Source: Rebecca billardiae RCC1528 (lineage: Eukaryota; Protista; Haptophyta). From it: a stretch of 64,000 nucleotides of DNA. The first letter of the stretch is position 1; every line of letters begins with the position of its first letter. Where the stretch lies: positions 248,001-312,000 of the forward strand of contig OZ251234.1 in the NCBI GenBank assembly GCA_965240325.2, written 5' to 3'. The notes under the pieces were generated by a model. It saw nothing but the letters and a program-made list of their open reading frames with translations, had not been told where the DNA came from and searched no databases. Below are positions 29,044 through 41,937 of the stretch, in pieces. A program made the position numbers and the translations under genes.

Positions 29044-30894
29044 CAGTGGGCGGGTCTCACTGGGGGACCTGCAAAACAACGGACCGGAGTTTTGGCGAAG
29101 CTTCGGCGGTTGCGCGGCGGACGGCGGCGGCGGCTTCGAAGCCGCCCCCACGAGGAGGCGCGGGCGCTGTGGCGCGAGGCGAATGCAAGTCCGCCGCGTG
29201 AGCCGGCGGGGAAGTGAGCACCACGAGTTGTGAGGCGAACCTGGGCGATTGCGGACGCGCGCAAGCTCAAGGCGCCGCCGAATCGTGGCGACTGGCTCCA
29301 CGACCAGAGGCACAAGCCGGGTGCCCGCGCTGGTGCGCGCTCGCGCGGCGCGCCGACCGTGCGTCCGCGGGGTGCAAAATCGGGCACGGTGGTTCCGCAC
29401 GAGTTTCAATGAGCAACGCGTTCCAGAAGTTCCGCTTGAAAACGCCCGCCGGAAGCGCGGTCACCATACCTGACATCTGCTGCGGCGCCCCTCGCGTCGA
29501 CATCGTGCGGCGCGGCCACCGACTCCGCGCCCGCGCGCAGAATGGGAGGGGCTGGTGCAGGAGCAGATGCAGGACTCGGACGCCGAGGAGAAGTCGAGCG
29601 CCACGTTCCGCACCCACCGCTACGCATACGGCGCTCCTGGGCGAAGACTGCCACTGTGCGGGTGGGCTGTCTCTTCGCGAGCTCTCAGCGTGGAGTCAGC
29701 GATCAAGCTGAGGTTGCAGCGCGGCAACATCGTGCAGGGTGGGCGGGTACCGACGCCGCGCTTCGCACGCCGTCTGCGACGGCATCAAACGCCGCGACCA
29801 CCGCGGCGCCCGGCCAGCGTGGCAGCATCGGGCCTGCTGACGGCGGGCGTGACGGTCGGGCGCGGGCGCGGTGGCATCCCGGGGCGCGGGGGCGAGTGCA
29901 GCAGCGGTGGCGGGCGCGGCTGCTGGCAGAGCGCATCTCGCGACGAGGAGTCACTCGGCGCGCACGTCACGCCGCGCGCGATATCGATTCGTCGCCCGGC
30001 GAGCGCGGCAGCACCGGGCCTGCTGAATGCGGGCGTGACAGCCGGGCGGGCGCCGCAGCGGTCGGGCGCTGCGCCTGCCGCGCTGGCGCGGCACTGTAGC
30101 CGGGGCGGCGCGGTGGCAGACGCCGCGGCGGCGGACGCCGCGGCGGCCGGCGCGACGGCGGGTGGAGCGCATCTCGCGACGAGGAGTTACTCGCCGCGCA
30201 CGTCACGCTGCGCGCATCTTCGAGGGGTCGCCCGGCGAGTGCGGCAGCACCGGGCCGGCTGATGGCGCAGCGACGGCGGTCGCGGCGGCGGCAGCCGGCG
30301 CGGCGGCCGCAGCGGCGGCCGGCTCGGCAGCGGCGGGCGCTGCGGCGGGCGGTGCGCATCTCGCCACAAGAAGACGTTCGGTGCGAACTTCACGCCGCGC
30401 ACACCATCGAGCGGGGTCTGCGGTGCTGCTTCGGCGAGCGCGTCAGCTGCACCTCCGGCCGAGCGACGAGTCGACGCAAACGACAACGCGCGACGCCATC
30501 GAGCTGTTCCGAGCAGTGCCATTCACATTGGCGCTAGTGGCAGCGGTGGGCTGTACACGCTGACGACGCAGCGAGGCGTGAGGTGGTGGTCCACGCCACC
30601 GTCGTACCGCGTCGCCTCGCGCACCCCGAGCGCGCGCGACGAGCTGTACGGGCTCGGAAGCTGACAGCATCCCCGCGCCCGGCGCCGCGACCGCGACCCC
30701 GCGCAGGCCAGGGGCCCTCCCGGAGAGCTGATTTTCGTCCGCGCGCTTTGCTGAAGTCGCGCTGGTGAGCTCAGACGCCGGCGCATACCCCGCCGGCGCT
30801 AGTCTGTCGCACCCCGTTTGTTCCGAGTCGCTGAGACCGCGCCGATCGTCAGATAGTTTTGAATTTCTGCTCCGCCAGTGGGACCAGCCCACTG
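29044..30894. mobile_element. 1.85-kb non-autonomous TIR element with TA-CAGTG ends (Tc1/mariner-like), embedded in (TA)n
   Basis: Left TTACAGTGGGCGGGTCTCACTGG versus reverse complement of right TTACAGTGGGCTGGTCCCACTGG (21/23 identical); (TA)n on both sides; internal ~190-240-bp diverged repeats (GCGCATCTCGC at ~29931, 30167, 30354). Confidence 0.85.
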
Positions 30895-30921
30895 TAATAT
30901 ATATATATATATATATATATA

Positions 30922-31389
30922 TGTCTAGCCGTCCTCGTGAACGCCGACGCCAACTGCTGGCCGAAGGTGGGCACGCCGCCTGGCATGTCGATGCCGAGGC
31001 GGCTGCGTGTGTTCCTACTCAGTGGGATTTACGTGTCCTCATGCCTTGGCGAGCGGCAGCAGATGCGGTGGGCATGCCGCTCGCCAAAGATGTTGGTCGG
31101 TGCACGCGACGCGCCACCCGCGTGCGAGCCGCCGCCGCCGGCGACGCAGGACGAGCTTGGCTGGAGCCATCTCGCACGCCGCGCCTGGCGAAGCAGGCGG
31201 CAGAGGCCGGCGCCGGAAATCGATCTCCTGGGCGGCAGAACAACCCGGACAGACTGTTTGTCCGGGAGCAGCGCCCTTTGAGGCGATGGTCTGGTAGAGG
31301 GCGATGTGGCTGATGAGCGGCGCTGGCGCCCGGCGTTCTTGTCGTCCTCTTAGACAATCAGTTATTGTACCAATAACCCCACATATCAT
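30922..31389 (+). mobile_element. Longer copy of repeat with short inverted ends (TGTCTA/TAGACA) and a 3' stem-loop; possible Helentron/HINE-like element
   Basis: Starts directly after (TA)n; TAGACA ends at 31356; hairpin GTTATTG-TAC-CAATAAC at 31361-31377; second copy at 22028. Classification is tentative. Confidence 0.7.
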
Positions 31390-31481
31390 GCAGCCGTCAT
31401 CAGGCATCAGCGCAGCAGGCCGCGCGCCGATGCCCGGATGGTCGGGCGCGGATGATAGCGAAGCTGCTGCGCAGCCTGCTA

Positions 31482-34400
31482 CTACACGTTGGTCTTGCTG
31501 CGCAGCTCGAAATCCTTCCTGGAGACCACGCTGTTGATCATCGTCATTTATTCCAAGACCAGGTTCGAGTCGGACCGCGGACGGTTCCAGGAGCCGACGC
31601 AAGCACGAGGACCGATGGCGCGACGGTGCCAGCGTTCGGTGTGCACCAGCACCAGCGCAGCAGGGGACGGGAAAGCACGATGAGCGCTCGGCGCGGGCGC
31701 ATGCAGCGCGGGCGCACGCGATGGCATCGCCGATGGCTCCGTGCAGTGTGGCGCGGCGCGCAGCGCACCCGTCGCCGTTCAGATCGAGCCGCTTGACGAC
31801 AACCTGGAGGCACTTGGCGAGCACCTCGTGCAGCTCGCGCCCCTCCTGCTGTTCGATCTTCACGTCCACGCGCTTGGTGAGCACAAACCACTTGTTGTCG
31901 CCTGGTGTAGCACGCGGAGAAGGGGGAGCGCAGCGTCTTACGGCGGCACTGGCGAGCGGTGCAGCTGCCGCGCGCAGCCACGACTGACCAAGTAGCTCCA
32001 CCACGCCACCCACGCGCGTGCACGCGCGCACCGTCCTTGACGAGCTGGTCGAAGAAGGCCGCGCAGTCCTCCACCTCCTTCTCCGCCATCTCCTCGTCCG
32101 TCGGGAAGTACTTGAATGTTGTAATGCGCGCGAGCGCCTCGCAAAAGTCGAGGTAGGTCATGTGCCGCATCTTGTGCCGCCGGCGCACCTGCGCGCGCGC
32201 GGTGCGCGGTGCGCGCGTCAGCTCGTACCGGTACGAGCCGACGCGCAGTCGTGCGGGGCGCGGCGCGGGCACGGCGCGTACCTCGTCGCTCACAAACATC
32301 TGCGACCAGACGTAGCAGAGGAAGCCCTCGCGCTTGGTGAACGCGTCGTCGAGCATCTCGACGTCGCGCAGGAAGCGCAGCCACTCGCCGAGCGACATGA
32401 GCTCCCCTTGCTTGGAGGTGGGCGCGCGGTCGTACTCGAGCGCCGAGTAGTGCGCAAAGATGGCGCGCAGGCTGGAGCGGTGCCGCTTGTACACGGCCTC
32501 GACGTCGGGCGCGTACAGCTTCCAGTCACGGAAGGTGTTCGGGTCGAGCGTCGCGTACGCGGGCAGGTTGGGCACGATGAACTTGGTCACGAGCCGGCGC
32601 ACCGCGTTGGCCACGTCGCCGGTCGCGCGCGCGCGGCCGGTCCCCGGCCGCTCGCGCTCTCGCTCCTTGATGAACTTCTCGATCGCGATGCGCACGAGCA
32701 CGCCGAAGAACTCGAAGCGCATGAGCGCGCGGTCGGCGTTGAGCGCGTTGAGCATCACGTCCTCCGCGCTCAGCTCGGCGCCCGCCGCCGGCCGCTCCTC
32801 CACGTTCGCGACAATGAAGAGCTTGTCGAGGTCCTTCATCTTGCACCGCGCCGAGTCCTTGTCCGGGATGCGGCACTCGTTGAGGAAGGTCGTGTACGCG
32901 TTCAGGCCCATCACGTAGCCGTCGTGCGACTGGTCGATGGCGCAGTAGTACCGAAAGGCGGAGTAGAGCGTGGTGAGGTGCTCGGTCAGTGCACCCCTGA
33001 TCGCCGCCATCACCTCGTCGCCGCCCTTGTCGTCCTCCGTGTCGATGAGCAGCCGGAAGCGCGCCTGGTTCACGCGCGTCCAGTCGAGCGCAAACGAGCG
33101 CAGGTGCACCTCCTCCAGGTCCCAGTACGAGCGCGAGTCGGAGGTGCGGCGGCGCGGGCGCCACATCGAGCGGTCGAGGTGCCACGACGGGATCTCGGGC
33201 ACCTTGGCCGTCTGCGAGGCCACGCCCACGCGCGCGCGCGCGCGCGCGTGGTAGGGGGTCGGTGGAGCAGCCGAGGGGCGCGCGGCGGGGCGCGTCGCGG
33301 GGCGGCGGCGCACGCCGAGCGCACCTCGGGCGTCTTGAGCTCGATGACGAAGCGCTCGCGCGCGATGAGCTTGAGCGGCGCGCGCGGCACCGTGCCAAAC
33401 CAGACTGCCTCCGCCTCGCCCACCGGCAGCGTGTGCTTGTCCGGCAGCGGCGCGCTCAGGAAGATGAGAGGGACGATGGCCACGTCCGAAGCGGTCGGGC
33501 GCGGCGGCGGCGGCGCGCGCGGCCAGCGGTGGTGCGCGGCGAGCGCGTCCGCGCGCGCGGCGGGCTGGACCTCCGCGGGCTCCTCCTTCGGCTGCGCCAC
33601 GCGCCGGGCGTACCCGACGTGGTACATGCGCTTGCGCGTGCCGTCCGGCAGCTGCACCTCGGCGAGCGAGCCGGGCGGCAGGTAGCGCGTGCCCGGCGCG
33701 GCCGTCCAAGTCACCAGCTGGCCGCGCATGTGCGCGCCAGGCTTGGCGAGCTCGGTGCCCGCGGCGCGCGCCGCCTGGATGGCCTCCTCCGTCTCCGCCT
33801 GGAAGCGCGCGAACCCGCCGACCAGCGGCTGCGTCCCCGGCCCCGTCGGCAGGAACACAAACTTGCGCTCCACCTCGGACGGGTCGAGCGTAAGCTGGTA
33901 CGGCCGCGGCACGCCTCGCCCCATCTCCTCCTCCGACTGCTGCAGCCGCCGCTCGACCTCGGCCATCGCCTCGAGGGGCACGCGGTACTCGGCGAAGCGC
34001 ACCGACTCGACGGGCGGCGCCCAGCGCGGGTGCGCCGGCCTCGGGCCGGCACGCGGGTGGCGGCGAGCGCCGCCGCCGCCGCGCTTGGTGGGGCCGCGCG
34101 GACGCGCGCCGCCGGTGCCGCCCGTCGCGTCACCGTCCGCGCCGACGCCGCCCGGCTCGCCGCCGTGAGCATCCGCGCGCGCCCCGCCGCCATCCGCCCC
34201 GCCGGCGCCGTCAGAGCGCTCGCCCGAGAAGGCCGACGCGGCGGAGCGTGCATCGACCAGCATCGACGTGCGGCGCCGCGCGCCGGACGGGCTGCCGTAC
34301 GCCCACCCGTCCTCGACGCTGCCGCGCCGCTCCACGCTCGCGCGCCGGCTGCCGCCGCCAGCGCTCGCGCGCCGGCTGCCGCCGCCAGCGCTCGCGCGCC

Positions 34401-37400
34401 GGCTGCCGCCGCCAGCGCTACCGGCTGCCGAGGAGGAGCACCGATTGCGGCCGAGCGGCGTGTTGGCGGGCGAGCCGCTCGACACCAGCCGGCCGCGCAA
34501 GGACGGCGAGCCGCCGAGCGCGGCGGAGCTGTTCGCCACGCGCGCGTCGAGGCTCAGGCCCTCGCCGGCCTCGGCTCCGGCGGCCGGCGCGCCCGCGGTG
34601 AGTGCGCCGCCGCGCTCCGCGCTCGGCGTGCGCTCGGGCGGCGGCGCGGGCTCGTGCGCGCCGCCCGCCGCGTGCACGGCCGGCGCCGGCGCCTTCTGCG
34701 GCGCGATCGCGCCGCGCCACAGCTCGCGGAACGGCTGGCGCAGCAGGTGGTCGAGCGAGATGGACGCGTAGGTGGACCCGGTGCGCGGGCTGACCGGAGG
34801 GCTGAGCCACTGCGCAGAGTGGCCGGCGGTGGCGCTGCCGCCGCCGCTCGGGGCGGCGCCCGGCGGGTTGGAGGCGTGGGGCGCGCGCGAGCGCGGCGAG
34901 CCGGCGGCGCGCAGCGCGGGCGGCAGCGCCGCCGACGGCGTGAGTGGTCGCAGCGGCTGCAGCGTCACAGTCTCGAGCTCCGGGCTGCGCCGGTGCACGG
35001 CGCGCGCCGAGTGCCCAGGCCTCGGCGCGCGCCGGCCGTGCGCGACGGTGGGTACGACGGCGGCGCCCGCGGCGGTCGACGCCTGGATCAGCTGCGCGGC
35101 GCGGCGCTGCTCGCGCGACTGCTCGTTGAAGCGCTCCAGCGCGAGCCGGGACTTGCTCGCCGCCGAGAGCGCCTCCGGGTGCTGCAGGGTCGTGGAGGTG
35201 CCGCCGTGCGCGCCAGCGCTCTGCTCCGCGCCGCCGCCGCCGCCGCCGCCGCTCGCGCCGAGCGCGCCGCCGAGCGGCACGGCGAAGGCGTCGACGCCGA
35301 AGCGCGAGATCGAGGTGATCCCGCGCCCGCCGAGCACCTTGGCCGCGCCGCTGCCGCGCGCGCCGCCCGCGTCGGCGCCGAGTGCGCCGCTGAGCGGCGG
35401 GAGCACGCCCGCGCCCGCGCCCGCGTCCGCGTCCCCGCCTGGCGGCGATGGCTGCTCGTGCGAGCCGCCCGCCGCCGCGCTGTCGTGGCCGCCGGGCGGC
35501 GAGAGCAGCCCAAGCGAGTTGGGGTCCGCGTCCGGGAACGTGTCCGTCACCCACTCGATGAAGCGCTCGCGCGCGGGCGCCGGCGGCTCCGACTCCCAGC
35601 TGTGCTCGCGCGCGGGCCGGCGCGCGCGCCGACGAGCGCCGCCGCCCGCGGGCCCGCCGTCCGCGTCGGCGCTCTCGCCGTCTCGCTGCTCGCCCTCCTC
35701 GGCCTCGCTGCCGCTCTCGCCGTCCTCGCCGTCCTCGCCCGACGTGGTCAGCTCGTCGTACTCCGACTGCGAGCAGCCGCCTCCCTCGCCCTCGGCGCCC
35801 GCGCCCGCGCGCGCGCCGTCCGCGCGAGACGGCGCGCGGCGGCGCGCGCGGCGGCGCGCGCGCCGGTCGCTCGCCGGGCCGCTGACGGGCGGCTGGCGCG
35901 CGCCCGCCCACCGCTCCGCCTGCAGCTGCAGCTCGGCGCGGTACATGTACGCGCGCGTGCGCGGGTTGCTCCCGATGTTGGCGAGCGCGCCCGCGGCCAG
36001 CTCGAACGCCAGCGTCGACGCCGGCGCGTGCATCACGGGCAGCAGCGTCCACAGCGCCTTGCGCGCCAGGTAGGTCTGGTTGGAGGGCTCATTCGAGAGG
36101 TTGAGGATGGCCGCCAGCGCCGCCTCCACTGTCTCGAGGGGCAGCAGGTGCGCATCGGCGAGCATGTGCAGCAGCACGCGCGTGCCGCCGATCTCGAGCA
36201 GGCGCGACTTGGTCGAGAGCACCGCCGAGCGGCACAGCCCGCGGCACGCGACGCCGAACAGCTCCGACGCCTCCCATGCAGCCTCGGCCGCGTCGGCGTC
36301 GGCGCGCGCTTGCGCGGGCCGTGCCGCCGCCGCCGCCGCGCCGCCGCCGGCCTCGCCGTGCGCGGCCGCCGCCGGTGCTCCGAGCGTGCCGCGGTGCCGC
36401 GCGCGCAGCACGGACACGTAGAGCTGCTCAAGCGCGGTCTGCAGCCGCGGCTGCAGCTCGGAGCGCGAGCCTGCCGCGGTGAGCGCGCTCGCGGCCAGCA
36501 GCCGCTCCCGCGCGCTGAACGCGTCGGACGAGCCGACTGCTAGCAGCACGCGCGCGGCGCCCAGCTCGATCAGCCGGCCGCCGAGCAGAGGGGAGGCGGT
36601 GAGGAGCGCGAGCGCGCCGATGCCCAGCGTCTGCAGGCCGAGCTCGGCGCGCACGGCGGCGCTCGGCTCGATCGTGCCGTCGTCGCGCAGGTCTGCGCCC
36701 GGTGTGTTTGCAAGCTTGACGCGCGACGGCGCGCCGCCGCCGCCGGCGGCGGCGGAGCGGCGCGCCGCCGCCGTCGGCCGCGGCGCCGTCGCCGACGCGC
36801 GCGCGCCGGCGGCGGCGGCCGCCGCAGCCGCCGCCGCCGCCGCCACGGCGCCGGCGGCGGTGGCGGCTTGCTGCGGCGACGAGCGTGGCGCGCCGCGCGC
36901 GGCGTGCGGAGACGCGCCCGCGCCGGTGCCAGGGCGCGAGGCGGTGCCGCTGGCGGAGACCACGCTGCCCGCGCGGCGCGGCGAGCGCCCGGCACCGCGC
37001 TCCGAGCCGAGCACGCTGCCTGCGCGCGCGCTCGCGCGCCGGCGGCCGCCCGCCGCGCCGATCGCGACGGCCGTGGGCGCGGTCGAGGCGGCGTCGTCGT
37101 CCTCCGGGTTGGCCGTGGAGCTGGGCGTCTGCGCGCGGCCGTGGCCGTACCCAGCGCCATAGCCGTCAGACGCGCGCCGCGCCGCCAGCGCCTCGCCCTT
37201 GCGTGCGATTTCTGCCGAGACGGTCTCTGTCCCGGCGGAGATGGAGCTGAGGAAGGCGCGGTGCGAGGCGCGCGAGTGGTACGTCTCCGCCACGGCGGCG
37301 GCGGCGACGAGCAGCGCCGGCCGCAGCGACTCGTCCGGCTCGGAGTCCGCGCTGTCCAGGTCGGACGCGTCCGAGGGCAGCGCTGAGCCCAGAGCTGAGA

Positions 37401-38256
37401 GGGAGTCGGCCTCGCGCTCGACGGCTGGCCCGGAGATCTGTTCGCGCAGCACGCCGAGCCTGCGCAGCCCCGCGCCGGGGCGGCGGAAGGAGGGCCCGAG
37501 CGAGCTCGCGCCGCCGTCGCCCGCCGCCGCGCCCTCCGCCGCCAGCGCCGAGTCCGGGGCGATCGCGGGGTGCAGTCCTGCCGCCACCAGAGCCAGCAGC
37601 TCGCCCGCGGCCGACGCGAGCCGCGCCGCGTTGCCCGCGTCGCGCGCGAGCAGGCAGAGGGTGGCGAGCGACCAGCGCGCGGCGACGCGCGCCTGCGCGG
37701 CGGTGCCGGGCGAGGGCGCGCCCGCGCGCGCCTCGCCGCCGCCGCCGGCCGCCGCGCCTTCCGCCGTGTCCGCCGTGGGCGCGTCCGCGCCGGATCGCGC
37801 GGGCGCGCGCGCCGCCTCGGCCGCCGCGCGCCCGGGCGAAAGGCGGCCCGAGTCGCCGAGGCCGTCCTCGGTGTCGGTGTCGACGTCGGTGTCCGTCCCG
37901 GCGGCGGCGGGCGCGCCCGCCTCCGCCGCGCCCGCGCCGCCCTCGCCGCCGCCTTCGGGCGCAGCGGGCGGCGCGGCCGCGTGCGGCGCGTGCGGCGCGT
38001 GCGGCGCGTGCGGCGCGTGCGGCGCGGCCTCGCCCTCCCCTCTCTCGAGGTAAGCAAGCAACTGGAGCGAGTAGCGCAGCGTGCCCTGCAGCGCCTCGAC
38101 GGCGCCGAGCTCGCCCGCGACCGCGGCCGCGCCGGAGTCCTCGTCGCGGCACGCGTGCCACAGCATGCACGCGCCGTACGCGCTCGCCTGCAGCGCGCCC
38201 AGCCGCACGTGCACGACGCGCACGGCGGCGGTGAGGGTGGCGAGGGTGGGCACAGG

Positions 38257-38322
<66 letters not shown>

Positions 38323-40433
38323 GTCCGACCCGCCGGTGGGCGCGCTGAGCATCATCAGCACCGCGCACAGCGCGGTGTACGTGCGCGCGCGCGCGCCGCG
38401 CAGCGCGCTCGCGCGCGCGCCGCGCCCCTCGCTCTCCACCGCCACCGCGTCCGCCGTGTCCAGAAGCCGCCCCACCAGCTGCGCCACGCGGTTCACGCCG
38501 CGCTCTGCGGAGAGGGCGGCGTGTTCGGACGGCAGGGCGACGTACGCGGCGAGCGCGGTGGCGAGGGCCTCGGCGAGGCGGCCCGGCGCGACGGCGCTGC
38601 CGAGCTGCGCGCCGCGCGCCGCGCCGCGCCGCCTGCTGTGCCGCCCGCCCGCCGCCCCGCCGCGCCCTCCCGCGCCGCCGCCGCCGCCGTCGTCGTCGTC
38701 ATCGCTATCGTCACTCAGTGCCGCCGCCATGGCGGCCTGATATGCCTGCGGCACGCTGGCGCCGCTCACGGTGGACGGCAGCGCGAGCGTGCGCTCGAGC
38801 ACCTCGAGTAGCACCACGCTCGCCGCGGCCGTGGCCAGCCCCGCGCCGCCCGCCGCCGAGCGCCCGCCGCCGCCGCCCGCGCCGGCGGCGCGCTCGCCGC
38901 GCGCCGCCCTGGGTGTGTTGGGCGGTGCGCTCGGTTCGATCGGCTCGGCTGGCGGCTCGGCGGGTCCGGCCGCGGCGGCGGCGGGCTCGGCGCCGGGGGC
39001 GGCGGCGGCAGCCGTCGGCTCGACCGCGCCCACGCTCGGCCGCGCCGGCTCGGGCATCCCGGCGGAGAGGCCCTCCACCGATTTCTTAATCGCAGCCAGG
39101 TGTCGGGACCGCGCCGGCCTGCCGCCGAGCGCAAAGCTGCCGCTGTCCGCCTCCGCCTCGGCGCCGCCGCTGCCGCCGCCGCCGGCGGCGGTGACGGCGC
39201 GGGAGGAGACGCGCGAGGTGCTGTTCCCCGCGCGCGACGAGGGCCGAGACGTCGTGCCGCTCGTCGTGGTGCCCGCGCCCGCGCCGAACGAGCCGGCGGA
39301 GGACAGACCGGCGGAGCCGCGCGAGAGAGCGCGCGCTTGCGCGCTGCCCGCGGTCGGCGGCCCGGGCAGCGCGCGCGGCGCCGGCGGCAGGGTGGCGAGC
39401 GCCGCGGCGGCGAAGCTGCTCGCGCTGCGGCCGAGGCGGCGGCACGTGTGCAGGTCGGCGATGGGCGCGCGCGGCACGCGCACCCCCCTCATCCCGCCCC
39501 CCGCCGCCGCGGCGTGCACGGCCGCGTCCACGGCCGCGCGCGTCGCGTCGGCCAATGGGAACGCGGCGCCGTGCACCTCACTGCCCAGCTCCAGCACAGC
39601 GATCAGCGCCTCGGTGGCGAGGGCGTTGGGCTCGAGGTGGCGGGAGGCGCTCGCGAGGGTCGCCGCGCTCCACACGCACAGCGTCGCCGCCTCGAGCACG
39701 CGCATCTGCGTGCGCAGCTCCGCGATCGGAGCCGCGACCGCCGCGACGGCAGCCGCGCGCCGCTCGCGCTCGGCGGCGCGCTCGGCGCGCGACGCGGAGG
39801 CGGCAAGGGGCTTCGCGCCGCTCGAGGCGGGCGAGGTGGCTGGCGCGGTGTGCCGCGAGGGCGCGTGCGCGCCCACGCCGCTCGGCGCCGTGCCCGCCGC
39901 CCAGCCCGCGCCGCCCGCGCCGCCCGGCGGCTGCGCGCTCTGCGGCAGCCCGGCGGTCGCTCGCACGGCCGCGGTCGCGACCTCGAGCACGGTCACGCAC
40001 TCGGAGAAGATGGAGGGGAGGTTGCGCAGGAGGCCGAGGGCGGCGCGCTCGATCGCGTCCCGCGCGAGCACCGCCGAGACGCTCATACCGCCCGCCGCCG
40101 CCGCCTGCGAGTACGTCGCACGCAGGCCGCCGCCCTCCGCCGCGCCGCCGGCCGCGCGCGCGGCGCCCTCCTCCGCACTACCCGGCTCCATGTCCGCGCC
40201 GCCGCCCACTCCGGACGAGCCGTCACCGACTCCGGATGAGGCCGGGTCAAGGCCGACCCTCTGCGCGGTCGTGCCTCCGGGCGCGTCCGCCGAGCTCGCG
40301 AGGGTCGCCCCGGCCGCCGTCCCTTTGAAGCTCACCGCCGGCCGCGCGAGCCCCGCGCCTGTGCCGCTGCCCCTGTCTGTGCTGCCGCCGCCGCCGCCGC
40401 TGCCGCCGCCGCCGCCGTCGCCGCCGCCGCCGT

Positions 40434-40464
<31 letters not shown>

Positions 40465-41880
40465 GCCCGCGCTGCCGCCGCGGCTGCCGCCGCCGCCGCC
40501 GCCCGCGCTGCTGCCGCCGCCGGCGCTGCAGTACGAGCCGGTGGTACTGCGCGTCTCGGTCGCGTGGTGGCTCCCCGCCGTCGACGACGCGCCCGCCGGC
40601 GCGCCGCCGCCCGCCGCGCTCCCGCCGCCGCTCGGCGCGCGGAAGCTGCCGTCCGCGTCGCTGCCGCCCCAATCGTCCACCTCCGGAGACGAGATTGCAA
40701 TCTCGACCGCCTTGTGCATGCCGCCGAGGTTGCGCGCGGCGACGGCGACGGAGGTGCGCGCGTTGGCCAGCGCGCAGGCGAGCACGCCGAGCGCCGCGAG
40801 CCGCGTCGTCTCCGCGTTCCCCTCCGCGTCGCGCGCGATCGCCGCGAGCTGCGTGCCCGCCCGCCGTGCGGTCTCAGCCGCGGAGTGGACGGAGTGGCCG
40901 ATGGACTGCGCCGTCACGCACACGGCGAGGCGGCGGATGTCCGGGTCCGCGTGGTGGATGCACGCGCACGCGACGAGCTCGCCCTTCGCCTCCCAGAAGA
41001 CCTCGCGGAACCGCGCGTCCGCGAGCAGCGGGTGCAGCGCGCCGAGCGCGTCCGCCGTGTAGGGGGCGGCGCCGAGCAGCGCGCGCACCAGCCGCGCGCC
41101 CTGCGGCAGCAGCAGCCGCTCGCGCGCGCGCTCGACCTCCGCCATCATCCACAGCGCGCGCGCGCAGAGCACGCGCACGGGGAGCTTGGCGACGCGGAGC
41201 AGCTCGGTGCACCGCGCCACCGCCGCGCGGAGAAGCTCGCGCAGCGCGGGCGACGTCACGTTGTCGGCGCGGCACGCGATCTCCCACAGCTTGTGCGCGC
41301 CCGACAGCTGCTTGGCGGCCGCGTGCGAGTGCAGCTCGTTGACGGCCTCCTCCGCCCAGACGGAGCGCACGTCCTGCCGGCGCACGTCCTCGTCCTCGTC
41401 CCACTCCATCAGCGCGATCTTGAACGCCGAGTCCTGCAGCAGCAGGTGGCCGTGCGCCGCCTCCTTGAACTCGGCGCGCTCAAACCCAAACGCGGCGCGC
41501 GCGGCGCCGTTGAGCGCGGCGAGGGAGAAGGGCGCGCGGAGGTCGACGAGCTTCTCCTCGTTCGTCGCGGCGTGCACGAGGAGCACCTGCCGCGTGGTCA
41601 GCCGCGCGTGCAGCCGCGCCATCCGGATCGCGTGCACCGAGCGCACGGCGACCAGCGAGCGCCCAAACTTGTCGGTCGCGAGCCCGGCGACGCGCCGGCG
41701 CGGCTGGTGCAGCACGCGCGCGGCGAGCGCGCGGGCCTGCGCGCTGCCCTCGGCGGCGACCGTCTGCTCGTTCTGCCTGCGCCGCTCGCGCGCCGCCTCC
41801 TCCCCGTCGGCCGGCGCGCGCGTGGCGCGCCGGCCGCCTTCGCCTGCGGCATCGCCCATCCCGTTACACGGGCCGTGCAT
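31482..41880 (-). CDS. Large (~3,270 aa) ARM-repeat-like protein with C-terminal EF-hand-like region; exons 41880-33325, 33211-32282, 32188-32032, 31901-31769, 31530-31482
   Basis: ARM-like helices (VEAALAAILNLSNEPSNQTYLARKA, ELAAGALANIGSNP). Conserved-looking C-terminal block (MGLNAYTTFLNECRI...LDKLFIVANV...LMRFEFFGVLVRIA). The last splice rebuilds an EF-hand loop DLNGDG/VVSRKDF. Start may be the ATG at 41859. Confidence 0.75.
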
Positions 41881-41937
41881 GTCAAGAGTCAAGACTGGTG
41901 AAACGGCGCCGCCATCTTTTCGGAACGGCCTTTTTGA

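Noticed and set aside
22028-31356. Two TG...CA direct repeats as paired LTRs of a retroelement carrying MYB
   Set aside because: Homology continues past the CA in both copies; no PBS, PPT, gag/pol or TSD seen; the MYB gene retains introns.
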